Both the position numbers and the translations under genes were made by a program. From assembly GCA_027334165.1 (NCBI GenBank), contig DAHWXM010000005.1, forward strand, positions 955 through 64,954: a DNA stretch of 64,000 nucleotides, given 5' to 3'. Within the stretch, counting starts at the first letter, position 1. Every line of letters starts with the position of its first letter. This DNA comes from Candidatus Micrarchaeota archaeon (GTDB lineage Archaea; Micrarchaeota; Micrarchaeia; Micrarchaeales; CABMGC01). The notes below the pieces were generated by a model, which was not told the origin of the DNA, did no database searches, and was given only the letters and a program-made list of their open reading frames with translations. This document shows, piece after piece, positions 61,767-64,000 of this stretch.

Positions 61767-61870
61767 CGGGTCCGACGGGAATTTCATGGGATGCATGCTG
61801 CATGCCCAATTTGAACCCGCGACCATCACCTTAGGACGGTGCTGCTCTATCCAAGCTGAGCTACGGACCC
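61767..61870 (-). tRNA. tRNA-Arg (anticodon CCU) with a 29-nt BHB intron in the T-loop (59/60)
   Basis: The reverse complement is GGGTCCGTAGCTCAGCTTGGATAGAGCAGCACCGTCCTAAGGTGATGGTCGCGGGTTCAAATTGGGCATGCAGCATGCATCCCATGAAATTCCCGTCGGACCCG. Acceptor is GGGTCCG/CGGACCC, D-arm GCTC/GAGC, anticodon loop GTCCTAA. The T-stem GCGGG/CCCGT is interrupted by 36 nt instead of 7. The intron is at about 61781-61809. TTTT follows the 3' end. Confidence 0.8.
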
Positions 61871-62050
61871 ATTATGTGATTAAAATGTGCGTATCAACAA
61901 ATAAAAACCTGTTGGAAGGCAGGGATGCTTTCCGGTGTTTGAACTTCAAATGTATCATATAGCACAATAAAGTCAGATTTTGTACTTCATACTACGATAC
62001 GTTATTAATTGTGATTTGCCATTTCCCATAATAGCAATCCTAGTGATTAG

Positions 62051-63325
62051 ATGGTTGGGAATAAGGTAGTATTGGCGTATAGCGGAGGACTTGACACGTC
62101 TGTGATACTGAAGTGGTTGGTAAACAAGGGATACGATGTCGTGTGCTTTGTTGGAAACATTGGCCAGAGGGAAGACTTTGACGCGATAAGGAAGAAAGCG
62201 ATAGCCACGGGAGCGTCAATGGTACACGTGAAGGACCTGAGAGAGGAATTTGTGAGGGACTTCATATTCCCAGCAATGCAGGGTAACGCATTGTATGAAG
62301 GCAGATACCTTCTTGGTACCTCGATAGCCAGGCCACTTCTAGCAAAGGCCCAGATAGAAATAGCAAGATCCGAGGGGGCGAAGTACGTATCGCATGGAGC
62401 CACTGGAAAAGGGAATGACCAGGTGCGGTTTGAGCTCACTTATTATGCCTTGCATCCAGGCATAAACGTCATATCCCCGTGGAAGGATCCCGAATTTCTG
62501 CAGGAATTCAGGGGCAGGAGCGACATGATAGCATTTGCCAAGAGACAGGGTATCCCAGTGAAAGCTACCGCCGCGAAGCCATACAGCGAGGATGAGAACC
62601 TGATGCATATAAGTCATGAGGCCGGTATCCTTGAAGATCCTTCATTCAGGCCTCCAGAACACGTATTTTCCAGGACAGCGTCTGTTGGTCAAGCACCACA
62701 AAAAGAGACGATCATAGACATTCATTTCAAGGACGGCGTACCGACAAAGGTATTTGACAAGACGCACGGGATCACGAAGACTGGTCCGTTGGAAATGTTC
62801 GAATACCTGAACAAGCTTGGCAGCGAGAATGGAATAGGAAGGATAGACATGGTGGAGAACAGATTTGTAGGGATAAAGTCTCGTGGCGTTTATGAGGCTC
62901 CAGGCGCAACTATACTATGGGCTGCGCACAGGGACATTGAGGGCATAGCGATGGACAAAGAGGTAATGCACCTGCGTGACACCCTGTCCCCCACTTTTTC
63001 AGAAATAATCTACAATGGGTTCTGGTTCTCCCCAGAAATGGATTTCCTGATGAGCGCATTCCTTAAAAGCCAGGAGAGGGTAGACGGAAAAGTCACGCTG
63101 TCGCTTCACAAGGGCAACGTGTTTACCATAGGGAGAGAGGCGTCAACTTCGCTTTACGATCAGAAGCAGTCCAGCATGGACGAGGACGGGGGCTTCGATG
63201 CTACGGACTCTAAAGGGTTCATAAACATAAATGCGATAAGGCTCAAGGCGCATTACGGCGCGATGGGTGGAAGGTTGAATTACGGCTGGATAAAAAAAGG
63301 GCAGGATAAAAATGGCAAAAAGTAA
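62051..63325 (+). CDS. argG: argininosuccinate synthase
   Basis: [13 protein letters not shown]...[17 protein letters not shown]...[14 protein letters not shown]. Confidence 0.95.
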   Translation: MVGNKVVLAYSGGLDTSVILKWLVNKGYDVVCFVGNIGQREDFDAIRKKAIATGASMVHVKDLREEFVRDFIFPAMQGNALYEGRYLLGTSIARPLLAKAQIEIARSEGAKYVSHGATGKGNDQVRFELTYYALHPGINVISPWKDPEFLQEFRGRSDMIAFAKRQGIPVKATAAKPYSEDENLMHISHEAGILEDPSFRPPEHVFSRTASVGQAPQKETIIDIHFKDGVPTKVFDKTHGITKTGPLEMFEYLNKLGSENGIGRIDMVENRFVGIKSRGVYEAPGATILWAAHRDIEGIAMDKEVMHLRDTLSPTFSEIIYNGFWFSPEMDFLMSAFLKSQERVDGKVTLSLHKGNVFTIGREASTSLYDQKQSSMDEDGGFDATDSKGFININAIRLKAHYGAMGGRLNYGWIKKGQDKNGKK

Positions 63326-64000
63326 ACTCTGGGACAAGGGATATGAGATTGACGGAAAAATAGGGCATTTTGTGGTTGGCGAGGAATATTTATTGGACCA
63401 ACGGTTGGTCAAATACGACTGCGCTGCATCGGCCGCCCATGCAAAAATGCTGGGAAAGATAGGTATACTCACAAAGGCGGAAACCGGGAAACTGGTAAAC
63501 GAATTGGAGAGAATAGGGTTTCTTGCAGAAGCCGAAAAGTTTCGCGTATCGGAAGAGGAGGAGGATTGCCACACCGCAATAGAAAACAGGCTAGTTGAAC
63601 GCCTTGGCGATCTCGGAAAGAAGATACATTCCGGAAGGTCACGTAACGACCAAGTCATAGTGGCTCTGCGGCTTTACTACAAAGATCATGTAACTAGATG
63701 TATTCAACTTGCCGATCTATTCGTAAAGAATGCGAATGGGTTTGCAGCTCGGTATAGGGGCATAAAATTACCAGGCTACACCCATACCAGAAAGGCCATG
63801 CCATCTTCGATAAGGCTCTGGTCTGGCGCATTCGTCGAATCCATGCGGGACAACATCCGTCTGCTCCGTGAGGCATACGAGCTGCTAGACCAGTCACCGC
63901 TGGGAACGGGTGCGGGATACGGATCTCCAATAAAACTCGACAGGGAATTCACAATGAAAGAACTCGGATTTTCAAAAGTGCAGCAAAATCCAATATACGT
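63312..64000 (+). CDS. argH: argininosuccinate lyase (5' part; runs off window)
   Basis: My translation from ATG 63312: [15 protein letters not shown]...[18 protein letters not shown]...[32 protein letters not shown]...[14 protein letters not shown]. It overlaps argG by 14 nt and is absent from the ORF track because there is no stop in the window. Confidence 0.9.
   Translation, partial: MAKSKLWDKGYEIDGKIGHFVVGEEYLLDQRLVKYDCAASAAHAKMLGKIGILTKAETGKLVNELERIGFLAEAEKFRVSEEEEDCHTAIENRLVERLGDLGKKIHSGRSRNDQVIVALRLYYKDHVTRCIQLADLFVKNANGFAARYRGIKLPGYTHTRKAMPSSIRLWSGAFVESMRDNIRLLREAYELLDQSPLGTGAGYGSPIKLDREFTMKELGFSKVQQNPIY

Noticed and set aside
62047-62439. 130-aa minus-strand ORF
   Set aside because: It is antisense to the N-terminal ATP-binding region of argG (AYSGGLDTS).
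1-64000. Transposases, integrases, IS inverted repeats, prophage genes and CRISPR arrays, including next to the two tRNA genes and the low-GC island
   Set aside because: I saw no translated motif for DDE or tyrosine/serine recombinases, and no flanking direct or inverted repeats. The absence is based on visual inspection only.

Overview
This window is a gene-dense archaeal chromosomal segment with about 70 genes on both strands and many 1-30 nt overlaps. All family calls come from motifs I recognised in the translations. I ran no database search, HMM or folding program.

Housekeeping core:
- Translation: EF-1alpha + S10, L10e, GlyRS, AsnRS, AspRS, AlaRS, deoxyhypusine synthase, NAC.
- Chromatin and transcription: aMBF1, a histone, Alba.
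- Metabolism: archaeal SAM synthetase, argG-argH, a split lipoylation cluster (lplB-lplA-lipA).
- Lipids: CDP-archaeol synthase and a UbiA prenyltransferase.
- Repair and nucleotide sanitation, which is unusually dense: FEN-1, OGG, Nfo, EndoQ, Nth, Ham1, Nudix, HIT.

There are two tRNA-Arg genes. One carries a textbook bulge-helix-bulge intron in the T-loop.

The accessory content is dominated by secreted or membrane-anchored proteins that are rich in N-x-S/T and Cys.

The most unusual locus is a five-gene operon at 46.5-52.4 kb. It is a duplicated cassette of a giant type-IV-pilin-like (class III signal peptide) protein plus a membrane-anchored partner. One pilin-like paralog ends in a Hedgehog/intein-type Hint module at a GGG|C junction. 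The other ends in an 8-Cys mini-domain at the same junction.

Other notable items:
- a single-chain tandem Alba
- a histone with a 35-aa tail
- a HerA-like ATPase fused to a PD-(D/E)xK-like nuclease
- a candidate structured ncRNA upstream of tuf
- a redox-dead DsbA-like protein
- a low-GC island at the left edge with an aaRS-like/wHTH protein and an atypical radical SAM enzyme

My lineage guess is a small-genome DPANN (Micrarchaeota/ARMAN-like) archaeon. This is inference only.
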